A DNA stretch of 64,000 nt, taken from contig JAPLXG010000012.1 of the NCBI GenBank assembly GCA_026396175.1, positions 19,360-83,359 on the forward strand. The letters are read 5' to 3'. A program made the position numbers and the translations under genes. The notes beneath the pieces were generated by a model that searched no databases, was not told the DNA's origin, and saw nothing but the letters and a program-made list of their open reading frames with translations. This stretch comes from Candidatus Moraniibacteriota bacterium (GTDB taxonomy: Bacteria > Patescibacteriota > Minisyncoccia > Moranbacterales > UBA2206). Numbering within the stretch: the first letter of the stretch is position 1; the number at the start of each line of letters is the position of its first letter. Positions 14,686 to 23,520 of this stretch are shown one piece after another.

Positions 14686-14752
14686 GGACATTTAGCTCAG
14701 TCTTGCCCCTCACCATTTTTGGATCTGTAGCTCAGCTCGTCCCTCACTATTT
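14686..14752 (+). repeat. Two tandem tRNA-5'-end fragments (GGACATTTAGCTCAG, GGATCTGTAGCTCAG), each followed by a CCCTCAC(C/T)ATTT junction motif, directly upstream of tRNA-Val
   Basis: 15-nt fragments match the acceptor 5' strand + U8 A9 + D-stem start (GGNNNTNTAGCTCAG); the junction motif resembles TCCCTCACCAATTT at 3265. Confidence 0.55.
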
Positions 14753-14826
14753 GGGCATATAGCTCAGTTGGTTAGAGCGCTTCCTTCACACGGAAGAGGT
14801 CTCCCGTTCGAGTCGGGATATGCCTA
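14753..14826 (+). tRNA. tRNA-Val (anticodon CAC)
   Basis: Acceptor GGGCATA/TATGCCT (G1-U72), D-stem GCTC/GAGC, anticodon stem CTTCC/GGAAG with loop TTCACAC, T-arm TCCCG-TTCGAGT-CGGGA. Confidence 0.7.
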
Positions 14827-14828
14827 CT

Positions 14829-15371
14829 ATGAAACGAAAAATATATATTACTATCAATCTTGCCAGCCAAATCAGGCGCCGGCTCATAAAAAGCTGTGAG
14901 AAGTGGCGAGATTTGCCTGTGAAGTGGACTAAGGAGGAAAACTTGAACATCAGCCTGTTTTTTCTGGGCTATATCGACAATGACGTCGTGGCTGACGCTT
15001 GCCAAAAAGTGCGCGAAGCAGTCAGTGAAATTGAGCTTTTTGATCTGGAATTTGAAAAAATAATCCTTGCTCCAGACGTTGAAAATCCACAAGAATTTCG
15101 CGTAATCGGAAAATCAAGCGAAAAACTAAGAATCCTTTGCGAAGCGATTGAGAAAGAATTAGAAATTTTTGTCGCATCCAAAAAAGTTTTTTCTCCGCAT
15201 ATCACTTTGGGAAAAATCAGAAAAGAAAAGTGGGAAGAATTGAAAAACGTACCAGAAGTGAATGAAAAAGCTTCCTTCGCGGTCGGCGTCGAAGCGGTCG
15301 ACATTATGGCCAGCCACTTTGGTGAGGGGAAAAATAATTTTGTTTTGATTGAAAGTTGTCCGCTGAAATAG
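14829..15371 (+). CDS. 2H phosphoesterase family protein (LigT/ThpR-like RNA 2',3'-cyclic phosphodiesterase)
   Basis: HITLGK (H-x-T-x motif) and the overall size; the first motif is degenerate (NISLFFLG). Start moved to ATG 14829 to clear the tRNA. Confidence 0.55.
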   Translation: MKRKIYITINLASQIRRRLIKSCEKWRDLPVKWTKEENLNISLFFLGYIDNDVVADACQKVREAVSEIELFDLEFEKIILAPDVENPQEFRVIGKSSEKLRILCEAIEKELEIFVASKKVFSPHITLGKIRKEKWEELKNVPEVNEKASFAVGVEAVDIMASHFGEGKNNFVLIESCPLK

Positions 15372-15400
15372 TATGCGGTATTTAGTATTTGGTATCTTGT

Positions 15401-16126
15401 ATGAAAAAAGAGTGTAAAATTCTAGATGTGATGGTAGATAATCTTTCCAGAAAAGAAATACTTGAGAAAGTCGGGAATTTTTTGAGTGAAGATAAATTCC
15501 ATCAAATTGCAACTGTCAATCCGGAGTTTATCTTGGAAGCGCAAAATAATTCTGAGTTCAAAAATATTCTCAATAGTTGCGCGCTGAATGTGGCGGATGG
15601 TTTTGGTATCCGGTGTGCTTTTTGGCGTTATGGCTGGCACTTGAAAACCAGGATGGCCGGAGCAGATCTGATGCAAGAAATCCTAAAAATCGCTGAGCAA
15701 AAAAACCTGAAAATATTTTTGGCCATAAATAAAGATGGCCTGAGTAGTTTCGAAGAGATAAGTGCAGTTATCTTGAAAAAATATCCAGACCTGCGGATTG
15801 AAGGGATGAATTTGGACAAAAATACTATTCACTGTTCACTGCTCACTGATCCCTGCATCCTGTTTTGCAACTTTGGCGCTCCACACCAAGAAATCTTCCT
15901 TAATTCCCAAAAAGATGCTAAAATACGACTAGCAATGGGCGTGGGCGGATCCTTTGATTTTTTGACCAAAAAAATCAGACGCGCCCCGGTTTTTATGCGA
16001 AGAATCGGCCTCGAATGGCTTTGGCGAGTGGCTCAATCGCAGACCTGGGAGTTCAAGAAAAAACGGCTAAAAAGAATTTGGAAAGCAGTGGTAGTTTTTC
16101 CAATTAAAGTAATTTTAACCCCGTAA
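15401..16126 (+). CDS. WecB/TagA/CpsF family glycosyltransferase
   Basis: Family hallmarks ...NPEFILEA..., GADLM, C-terminal GLEWLWRV; start at ATG 15401. Confidence 0.8.
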   Translation: MKKECKILDVMVDNLSRKEILEKVGNFLSEDKFHQIATVNPEFILEAQNNSEFKNILNSCALNVADGFGIRCAFWRYGWHLKTRMAGADLMQEILKIAEQKNLKIFLAINKDGLSSFEEISAVILKKYPDLRIEGMNLDKNTIHCSLLTDPCILFCNFGAPHQEIFLNSQKDAKIRLAMGVGGSFDFLTKKIRRAPVFMRRIGLEWLWRVAQSQTWEFKKKRLKRIWKAVVVFPIKVILTP

Positions 16127-16150
16127 ATTCCGCTAAGGCGGGACACGGGG
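16119..16150. repeat. GC-rich nested hairpin motif, copy 2 (CCCCG-TAAATT-CCGC-TAAG-GCGGGA-CA-CGGGG), overlapping the stop codon of the upstream gene
   Basis: Same CCGCyAAGGCGGGA core flanked by CCCCG/CGGGG as at 5776-5807. Confidence 0.5.
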
Positions 16151-16164
16151 CAAGCAAAAAAAAT

Positions 16165-16584
16165 ATGACAACATCAAAAACCAAACTGATTAAAACAATC
16201 TATTTATTCCTAGTCGCGGCCGTCAGTCTGCTGTTTGTCGCGATTGGAACGGGAACAATTCTCAATACCGGGCTGAAATATTACATCTTCCCTGAAGCGG
16301 AAAAGAAAGGCTACTTCGAATGCAACCAGCAACCGCCGATTTCCCCGGTCATTTCAAAAGATGGCGCAACAGAGGTTCAAAAAACTCAAATAGATGCCCT
16401 GCTCAAGGATTATGACAATTGGAAAGAAAATCAATCCGGCGACAAATGCATCGCACCGGCCAGACAAAATAAAATCATCGACGCGCTGACAACGGTAATA
16501 ATTGCTCTGCCAATACTTTTGATTCATTGGAGTTTTATTAGGAAAGGGAAAGAAGAGAAGGAAGAAAAAGAAGACACAAAATAA
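16165..16584 (+). CDS. Hypothetical membrane protein
   Basis: N- and C-terminal hydrophobic helices; Glu/Lys-rich tail. Confidence 0.45.
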   Translation: MTTSKTKLIKTIYLFLVAAVSLLFVAIGTGTILNTGLKYYIFPEAEKKGYFECNQQPPISPVISKDGATEVQKTQIDALLKDYDNWKENQSGDKCIAPARQNKIIDALTTVIIALPILLIHWSFIRKGKEEKEEKEDTK

Positions 16585-16610
16585 GCTAATATTTACGAAA
16601 TAAACGAAAT

Positions 16611-17222
16611 ATGTCGCAGCAGATTTTTATTGTTCATGGAGGAGAGGCTCATGAAACTTACGAGGATTACTTGGTGTTTCTAAGAAACTATAAAATCAAT
16701 CTAGATAAAGTTAAATTTGGCGGATGGAAGGATAATCTTCAGAAAACGCTAGAAGAAGCATACGAAGTAATTTATCCAAGAATGGAAAACCAACACAATG
16801 CAAAATATTCCGAATGGAAAATATTTTTTGAGCTGTTTTTCCCATACTTTCGAGATGAAATAATTTTAATTGGCAACTCGCTGGGAAGTATCTTTCTAGC
16901 TAAGTATTTGTCTGAAAATGATTTTCCTGTAAAAATTAAAGCGGTATTTTTAATTGCTGCGCCGTATGACGACAAGGACAGGAGTGACATAGATTATACC
17001 TTGGGAGATTTTATTCTGCCAGATTCTTTGGATAATTTTTCAAAGCAAGTAGAAAAAATATTTCTCTATCACTCAGCAGATGATCCAGTGGTGCCATTTG
17101 TTGATTTGGAAAAATATGCGCAGAAGCTTCCAAGTGCGGAAAGGGTAGTTTTTAAAGACAAGGGGCATTTTAATCTAAGAGAATTTCCAGAATTTGTGGA
17201 AAAATTAAAAAGTATTGAATAA
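16611..17222 (+). CDS. Alpha/beta-fold serine hydrolase (RBBP9/YdeN-like)
   Basis: GxSxG nucleophile elbow LIGNSLGS; size and FIVHG(G) N-terminus typical of YdeN-like esterases. Confidence 0.55.
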   Translation: MSQQIFIVHGGEAHETYEDYLVFLRNYKINLDKVKFGGWKDNLQKTLEEAYEVIYPRMENQHNAKYSEWKIFFELFFPYFRDEIILIGNSLGSIFLAKYLSENDFPVKIKAVFLIAAPYDDKDRSDIDYTLGDFILPDSLDNFSKQVEKIFLYHSADDPVVPFVDLEKYAQKLPSAERVVFKDKGHFNLREFPEFVEKLKSIE

Positions 17223-17226
17223 TTTT

Positions 17227-18771
17227 ATGGATGATAATAAAAAAGTCAGAGTCAGATTTGCGCCGTCGCCGACCGGGTTTGTGCATATTGGAAGCCTTAG
17301 GACGGCACTATATGATTATTTATTTGCCAAAAAAACTGGTGGGGAGTTTATTTTGAAAATTGAGGACACAGATCAAAAGCGTTATGTGGAAGGTTCTGTG
17401 GAGAGTCTAATCAAATCCTTGGATTGGGTAGGGCTTAATTGGAGTGAGGGCGTTTTTTTGAACGAAAATATTAATTCTGACAAGAGTAGTATCGTAAAAT
17501 CAAAAACTTATCCCACCGTTTCAGAAGTGGGAGAATTTGGACCATACATTCAATCAGAAAAATTGGAAGTGTATAAAAAGTATGTCGATCAGCTCGTGAA
17601 AGCCGGACATGCTTATTATTGCTTTTGTGAGCCGGAACGATTGGAAAAAATGCGCGCGGAGCAGACGGCAGAAAAAAAGGCGCCGATGTATGACCGTTAT
17701 TGTTTGCATAATGTCAGCGAAGAAGAAATTAATAAAAATCTCAAAAATAGCTGCCCCTACACAATCCGAATGAAAATGCCAGAGGGAGAAATAATAGAAA
17801 CGGATGATTTAGTGCGGGGAAAAGTAAAATTTAATACCGATCTGATCGATGACCAGGTACTCTTGAAATCTGATGGTTTCCCGACTTATCATTTGGCAAA
17901 TGTGATTGATGATCATGAGATGGAAATTACACATGTGATCCGTGGTGAAGAATGGCTACCTAGTTTGCCAAAACACATCCTACTTTATCGCTATTTTGGC
18001 TGGGAGGTGCCAAAATTTGCCCATTTGCCGCTCCTACTGAATCCCGACAAAACCAAACTTTCCAAACGTCAAGGTGATGTCGCAGTAGAGGATTATATTA
18101 AAAAAGGTTATTTGAAAGAAGCGATTATTAATTTCGTGGCGCTTTTAGGTTGGAATCCGGGAGCGGGGGAGACGCAAGAGCTTTTCTCTCTGGACGAATT
18201 AGTGGAAAAATTTGAATTGGAAAAAGTGCATAAAGCGGGCGCAGTGTTTGATCTCAAAAAACTAGACTGGCTCAATGGTCAATATATTAAAAAACTTTCC
18301 ATTGATGAATTATATGAAAAAGCTCTGCCGTTTTTTGAACAAAAAGATTTTTTTAGACAAGCCGGTGCTGAGAAAAAATCTCCGGAATTTTTGAAGCGTG
18401 TTTTGACTGTTGAGCTTGATCGTTTGCCTAAATTGTCCGATGTCGGGGAAAATAATCAATTCTTTTTTGCGACTGATTTGCAATATGACAAAGCACTTTT
18501 GCGTTGGAAAGAAATGAGTGATGATGATCTGAAAAAAACTTTGGAAAAATCGAAAGATATTTTGGAAAATATTTCGCAGGATAATTGGTCAAAAGAAAAT
18601 TTGGAAAAAATATTAATGGATGAGGCAGGCGAGAAGAGGGGAGAGCTCCTTTGGCCACTGCGCGCTGCTCTCACGGGAGCGCAAAAATCACCCTCACCTT
18701 TTGAGGTGGCTTGGGTTTTAGGGAAAACGGAAAGCCTAAAAAGAATTACAAAAGCAATTTCTTTAGTTTAG
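17227..18771 (+). CDS. gltX: Glutamate--tRNA ligase
   Basis: Class I HIGH (PSPTGFVHIGS) and KMSKS (KLSKRQG) motifs. Confidence 0.9.
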   Translation: MDDNKKVRVRFAPSPTGFVHIGSLRTALYDYLFAKKTGGEFILKIEDTDQKRYVEGSVESLIKSLDWVGLNWSEGVFLNENINSDKSSIVKSKTYPTVSEVGEFGPYIQSEKLEVYKKYVDQLVKAGHAYYCFCEPERLEKMRAEQTAEKKAPMYDRYCLHNVSEEEINKNLKNSCPYTIRMKMPEGEIIETDDLVRGKVKFNTDLIDDQVLLKSDGFPTYHLANVIDDHEMEITHVIRGEEWLPSLPKHILLYRYFGWEVPKFAHLPLLLNPDKTKLSKRQGDVAVEDYIKKGYLKEAIINFVALLGWNPGAGETQELFSLDELVEKFELEKVHKAGAVFDLKKLDWLNGQYIKKLSIDELYEKALPFFEQKDFFRQAGAEKKSPEFLKRVLTVELDRLPKLSDVGENNQFFFATDLQYDKALLRWKEMSDDDLKKTLEKSKDILENISQDNWSKENLEKILMDEAGEKRGELLWPLRAALTGAQKSPSPFEVAWVLGKTESLKRITKAISLV

Positions 18772-18777
18772 GAAATT

Positions 18778-20082
18778 ATGCAAATAAAAAATTTCGTCTT
18801 GAGCAGAAAAAAAATAAAATTTGAAATTTTTGTAATAATATTTTTTATATTCTTTTTTTCGTATGAAAAGAGTGTCTTGGCAGATTCCAATGATTGCAGC
18901 GCACTTTCCGGAGATGCCCAGCAGCAATGCGAAGACCTGGAGAAAAAAGCCAGGATATATGAAGACCTGATAAAACTGAAAAACAAACAACAAGACGCCT
19001 TGGCGGGACAATTGGATAGTATCAATAGCGAACAAGCAAAAACTGTTGCACAACTCCAAGAGACCCAAAAACAAGTTCAAACATTGCAGCAGCAAATTGA
19101 TAATCTGGAAGAAAATATCAAAGATGGTGAGGCAGCGATGAATTTTCAAAAAAATATTCTAGCCGGATTGATGCAGTCCTATTATGAATATGATCAGCAG
19201 GGGATTTTGCCGGTTGTACTCACTAATGCGGCCTTTTCTGATATATTAAATCAATCTGATTATATCGAGCAATCCGGAGCCAAGGTTTCTGATGTTCTGG
19301 CAGAAGTCATTCGGACCAGGCAAAAATTAATCGATGACCAAAATACCTTAAAGCAAAAAAAGGAAGAGATTGATGGCGCTAAAAATGATTTGATTGACAA
19401 GAAAGAAAATCTGCAATCGACGGAAAATCAAAAAACCAATCTTCTAGTTCAAACTCAAGGTGAAGAAGTGAAATATAAACAACTGCTTGCTAATGCGGAG
19501 GCGCAAAGAGCCGAGCTGTTTGATTTTAGTGCGGCGAGCAACATTGATGATGTTAAACAAAGCGTGGGAGGTTATGCGAAGCCGTCATCAAATCTGGCAT
19601 CTACCAGTTGGTATTTTTCCCAACTTGATTCCCGTTGGGGCAAGATGAAAATTGGAAATTCAAATTCTCTAATGGAAGATTATGGTTGCGCCGTAACATC
19701 GCTGGCGATGGTTTTTCGCGAAAAAGGTGCCAGTACCGATCCGGGAAAAATGGCCAAACAAAAAATATTTTCTTTCGATCTGATCAAATGGCCCGGCTCA
19801 TGGAGTCCGGGAATAAGCTTGGTTTCCTCAATTTCGCACGGCAATATTAGTTGGTCCACAGTTGACGCGCAAATCAAAAAAGGCAATCCAGTGATTGTCT
19901 ATCTCAGTCGCAGTCGCGGCGGCGGTCACTATGTTGTGGTAACTGGAAAAGATAGTAAGGATTATATCGTTCATGATCCATACTTTGGAGCGAATCTATA
20001 TCTTAGTACCTCAAAATCACTTGTAGGAAAATTAGGTGCAAATAGTAGCGTCTCAGTTAATCAGATGATTATCTATAACTAA
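18778..20082 (+). CDS. Secreted coiled-coil protein with C-terminal C39-like (papain-fold) peptidase domain; PcsB-like putative cell-wall hydrolase
   Basis: Signal/TM N-terminus, roughly 200-aa Gln/Lys/Glu-rich coiled coil, then YGCAVTSLAMV...GGGHYVVVTG...VHDP (Cys/His/Asp order of C39-like peptidases). Confidence 0.55.
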   Translation: MQIKNFVLSRKKIKFEIFVIIFFIFFFSYEKSVLADSNDCSALSGDAQQQCEDLEKKARIYEDLIKLKNKQQDALAGQLDSINSEQAKTVAQLQETQKQVQTLQQQIDNLEENIKDGEAAMNFQKNILAGLMQSYYEYDQQGILPVVLTNAAFSDILNQSDYIEQSGAKVSDVLAEVIRTRQKLIDDQNTLKQKKEEIDGAKNDLIDKKENLQSTENQKTNLLVQTQGEEVKYKQLLANAEAQRAELFDFSAASNIDDVKQSVGGYAKPSSNLASTSWYFSQLDSRWGKMKIGNSNSLMEDYGCAVTSLAMVFREKGASTDPGKMAKQKIFSFDLIKWPGSWSPGISLVSSISHGNISWSTVDAQIKKGNPVIVYLSRSRGGGHYVVVTGKDSKDYIVHDPYFGANLYLSTSKSLVGKLGANSSVSVNQMIIYN

Positions 20083-20093
20083 AAGTATTTTTT

Positions 20094-20744
20094 ATGTATA
20101 TTGAGAAGTGGACATTAGAAAAAGTCAAAAAAGGATTCGAGGAATTTTATAAAATACACAATAGATACCCAACCGCGTACGACGTTGATGATTTCGATTC
20201 GCTTCCGTCATCAAGACAAATTCAAAGAAGATTTGGTGGTCTAGAAAAATTAAGAAAAGATTTGGGGTTAGAAATTGAAAATTATACCTCAGGAGACGAG
20301 CGCTCAAATAAGATAGCCGCATTTAATAAAAGAGGTAGGGAATGTGAAAATATTGTTTACCAAGTTTTAATTGATTTTTTTGACGAAAAATTTATTCATA
20401 TAGAAAGGCCTACTTGTGGCAATGTGATTGTAGGCGCATATGACAATAAAAGTAGGTATGATTTCTATGTATATGCAAAACCAAAAAATTTTGCAATCGA
20501 TGTTTTTGGGACAAATGATACGAGAGGAATTATAAGTAATCTGAATATGAAAGAGAAAAAATACAACAAGCTGAACACACAAGAAGATATTTATTTTGTT
20601 TATTTTGGAAACAGTATAGATAAAAATAAAATTAAAACCTGGATAAGTAATAAAAAAAATAAATTACCCCATACTTGGAAGGTTGTGGATTTGGATGAGT
20701 TTAAGAGTAGCTTATTGGCGTATAGCTCATATGGGGCTGCGTAG
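20094..20744 (+). CDS. Hypothetical protein, markedly AT-rich gene (possible horizontally acquired, nuclease-like)
   Basis: ORF 12 nt downstream of the peptidase gene; lower GC than neighbours; weak PD-(D/E)xK-like FDEK / IDVFG motifs only. Confidence 0.4.
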   Translation: MYIEKWTLEKVKKGFEEFYKIHNRYPTAYDVDDFDSLPSSRQIQRRFGGLEKLRKDLGLEIENYTSGDERSNKIAAFNKRGRECENIVYQVLIDFFDEKFIHIERPTCGNVIVGAYDNKSRYDFYVYAKPKNFAIDVFGTNDTRGIISNLNMKEKKYNKLNTQEDIYFVYFGNSIDKNKIKTWISNKKNKLPHTWKVVDLDEFKSSLLAYSSYGAA

Positions 20745-20904
20745 CTTTTGAAATTATATTGAGTGTCGCAAAAGTATTATTGGGCGACACGGTCAATATT
20801 TCCCGAAGGCTTCCTAACAAACAAAAAACCCCACTTCCCTATCGTGAAAACGAATTTATGGGCTGTGGTTTTTTTATTTTTAAAATTAAGAATTTATATA
20901 TTTT

Positions 20905-21342
20905 TTATTTTAAATCCAAACGGAATACCCCAGTGTCTCGCAAGTAAAATCCTTTTTTTAAATAAAGATTTCGTGCCGCGATTCTTTTTGGATTACTATT
21001 TAGTGTGATATTGGCAATTTCTTGCTTTCTAGCGATTTCGATAAGCTTATCTAGCAATCTCTCCCCCAGGCCTTGTCCACGAAAAGCCTCTTGAATGATA
21101 ACATCTTCTATTCTGCCCACGTAACCCTTAAGGGGAATCAAATGGATTACTAAGGCTCCAAAACCAATAACGCTACCATCTTTATTTTCTAAAACAACGG
21201 CGTGACAATTCTCATCGCCGACTACAGTTTCAATTTGAAGATTTATCGGATCGTCCGTTAGTTCCTTAAATAAAGCAATGAGTTGAGTTTCATCTTCGTG
21301 TTTTGCGAAACGAGTTTTAATAGCAGTTTGTTTTTTTGGCAT
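20905..21342 (-). CDS. GNAT family N-acetyltransferase
   Basis: Acetyl-CoA-binding motif QGLGERLLDKLIEIA; start at the internal Met 4 nt after the iscU stop. Confidence 0.8.
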   Translation of the reverse strand: MPKKQTAIKTRFAKHEDETQLIALFKELTDDPINLQIETVVGDENCHAVVLENKDGSVIGFGALVIHLIPLKGYVGRIEDVIIQEAFRGQGLGERLLDKLIEIARKQEIANITLNSNPKRIAARNLYLKKGFYLRDTGVFRLDLK

Positions 21343-21346
21343 AATA

Positions 21347-21730
21347 TTATTTTTTCTTCTTATAATCCTCAATCGCAGCGACAAGCGCTTCGCTGGCAAG
21401 ATTTGAGCAATGCATTTTGATTGGAGGAAGACCGTTTAGTGCTTCTGCTACATTGTCGCGAGTGATCTTGCTCGCTTCTTTGATGGTTTTGCCCTTGGCA
21501 AGATCAGTAATCATAGAGGATGTTGCAATCGCACTAGCGCAACCAAGTGTTTCAAACTTAATGTCAGAAATGACTTCTCCGCGCTTGGCATTTTTTTTGA
21601 CTTTGATGTAGATCTTCATCAGATCCCCACAAGTTGGATTGCCCACCATACCAACACCATCAGGATCGCTAATTACTCCCTGATTGTGCGGAGAAGTAAA
21701 ATGATCAATAACTTGTTTAGAATAATTCAT
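21347..21730 (-). CDS. iscU: Fe-S cluster assembly scaffold IscU/NifU
   Basis: Three conserved Cys in GNPTCGD, LGCASA, MHCSNLA. Confidence 0.85.
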   Translation of the reverse strand: MNYSKQVIDHFTSPHNQGVISDPDGVGMVGNPTCGDLMKIYIKVKKNAKRGEVISDIKFETLGCASAIATSSMITDLAKGKTIKEASKITRDNVAEALNGLPPIKMHCSNLASEALVAAIEDYKKKK

Positions 21731-21750
21731 ATATTTATAATTAAAATAAT

Positions 21751-23004
21751 CTATTTTTTCTTTGAATAGTATTCTTTCAAAAGCTCTCCCGAAACTTTAC
21801 GCAATTTTTCGAGAACCTTCTTTAGCTTTGCCACGAAAATAACCAATTCTTTTTTAGTTGTATATTTTCCCAGCGTAACGCGCAGTGACCCGTGGGCTTG
21901 TTCTGGTTTTAGCCCAAGTGCCAGCAGGACGTGCGATGGACTGAGTGAGCCAGAAGAGCAGGCGGAGCCAGTGGAAACAGCGATGCCTTCAGCGTCGAGG
22001 TAAAGCAGAAGACTCTCCCCTTCCACATCAGAAAAACTAAAGTTGGCATTGTTGGGCGATCTTTTTGAACGTGAGCCATTCAGGCGAACGCTAGGAATTT
22101 CTTTTAATACTTTTTTAATCAAATAATCTCGCAGTTCTTTGATTTTTTTAATCTCTTTTTGCTTGTTTTTTTCCAAGACTTCGATGGCTTTACCTAGTCC
22201 GATAATGCCAGTTGAGTTGAGTGTGCCGGCGCGCAGAGCAAATTCTTGCGCCCCACCATCTTGGATTTGAGTGATTTTTGTGCCCTTTTTGACCAGTAGC
22301 ATTCCCACACCTTTTGGCCCATAGATCTTATGCGATGACATAGAAAGCAAATCAACACCCAATCTTTTGACGTTTATGTCAAAATAGGCTACGGCTTGTG
22401 TTGCGTCAGTGTGGAATAGTATCTGGTATTTAGTATCTAGTAACTTGGAATTATGCTTTTTTATGACTTTTCCGATCTGAGCAATTGGCTGTACTGTTCC
22501 AATTTCATTATTAACATACATAACTGTTACGAGAAGCGTGTTTTCCTTGATTGCTTTTTCTAGGTCAGATACCTTAATAATTCCATCAGAATAAACCGGG
22601 AGGTAGGTCACTTCAGCGCTCCCCTCTTTTTCTAGTTTCTGGCAAGTCTTGAGCACGCAACTATGTTCAAAAACAGTTGTGATGATATGTGGTTTTTTCC
22701 CACTATTTTTTTTATTCTTATTGTACGCACGAAGTACGCCTTTGATGGCGAGATTATTTGATTCGGTTGCGCCACTGGTGAAAATAATTTCTTCCGAGGT
22801 GCATTTGAAAAAACAGGCCGCACTTTCTCTCGCCGCGGTAACTGCATCGGCCGCGTTTCGTCCAAAAGAGTGAAGAGATGAGGCATTGCCAAACTCCGAA
22901 CTAAAATATGGCAACATTGTTTTTAGCACTTCAGCGTCAACTGGCGTTGTCGCCGCATAATCTAGATATATTTTTCCGCCTCGGGCGGAATTATTCATTT
23001 CCAT
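21751..23004 (-). CDS. iscS: Cysteine desulfurase IscS/NifS (class V aminotransferase) with a short in-frame repeat-derived insertion
   Basis: PLP-lysine motif SSHKIYGPKG, C-terminal active-site loop SACSS. LLDTKYQI before the FHTDATQ motif is encoded by a GTATCTGGTATTTAGTATCTAG repeat. Confidence 0.9.
   Translation of the reverse strand: MEMNNSARGGKIYLDYAATTPVDAEVLKTMLPYFSSEFGNASSLHSFGRNAADAVTAARESAACFFKCTSEEIIFTSGATESNNLAIKGVLRAYNKNKKNSGKKPHIITTVFEHSCVLKTCQKLEKEGSAEVTYLPVYSDGIIKVSDLEKAIKENTLLVTVMYVNNEIGTVQPIAQIGKVIKKHNSKLLDTKYQILFHTDATQAVAYFDINVKRLGVDLLSMSSHKIYGPKGVGMLLVKKGTKITQIQDGGAQEFALRAGTLNSTGIIGLGKAIEVLEKNKQKEIKKIKELRDYLIKKVLKEIPSVRLNGSRSKRSPNNANFSFSDVEGESLLLYLDAEGIAVSTGSACSSGSLSPSHVLLALGLKPEQAHGSLRVTLGKYTTKKELVIFVAKLKKVLEKLRKVSGELLKEYYSKKK
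22419..22443. repeat. GTATCTGGTATTTAGTATCTAG short repeat in-frame inside iscS
   Basis: Same repeat family as 14081-14134, 15371-15400 and 3594-3660. Confidence 0.5.
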
Positions 23005-23009
23005 ATTTT

Positions 23010-23393
23010 TTATATCAATTCACTTAATTTAATTGCAAATAAAGTTTTTTTAATCTGAAATGCTAGTTTGTTCCAAACGAGACTGGACGCACAGACTTTG
23101 GCTTTCATGCAATTACTTCCATCGCACTTAGAAACAATTGGTCCTTCCATAATTTCAATGACCTCTCCAGCGGAAATTTGTTTCGGATTTTTGATGAGGG
23201 TATATCCCCCACTTTTCCCTTTCTGACTTTTGACCAAATTATTTTTCCGCAACTTCCCAATCAGTGTTTCCAAATATTTAGCCGAAATATTTTCTGCTTC
23301 CGAAATTTCTGTGATATTTTTTTGCGCCGGATACGCGCGCGCCAAAGCAACCATTGCTCGCAAGCCATATTCAGCTTTAGTTGAGAATTGCAC
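23010..23393 (-). CDS. iscR: Rrf2 family transcriptional regulator (IscR-like)
   Basis: N-terminal wHTH (AEYGLRAMVALA), three clustered Cys (SKCDGSNCMKAKVC), first gene of the isc operon. Confidence 0.8.
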   Translation of the reverse strand: MQFSTKAEYGLRAMVALARAYPAQKNITEISEAENISAKYLETLIGKLRKNNLVKSQKGKSGGYTLIKNPKQISAGEVIEIMEGPIVSKCDGSNCMKAKVCASSLVWNKLAFQIKKTLFAIKLSELI

Positions 23394-23461
23394 AGTTGTT
23401 ATTTAAAATTATTTAACGGGGTGAATTCCTACCATATTACTATGCTTTCATTATAGCGCCT

Positions 23462-23490
23462 TTGGCAATTCTGTCAAATATTGCTATAAT
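23462..23490 (+). promoter_or_regulatory. Sigma-70-like promoter for the nuclease gene
   Basis: TTGGCA - 17 bp - TATAAT, 30 nt upstream of ATG 23521. Confidence 0.45.
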
Positions 23491-23520
23491 AAAGACGCTA
23501 AATCGCCTAAAAATAAGCCT

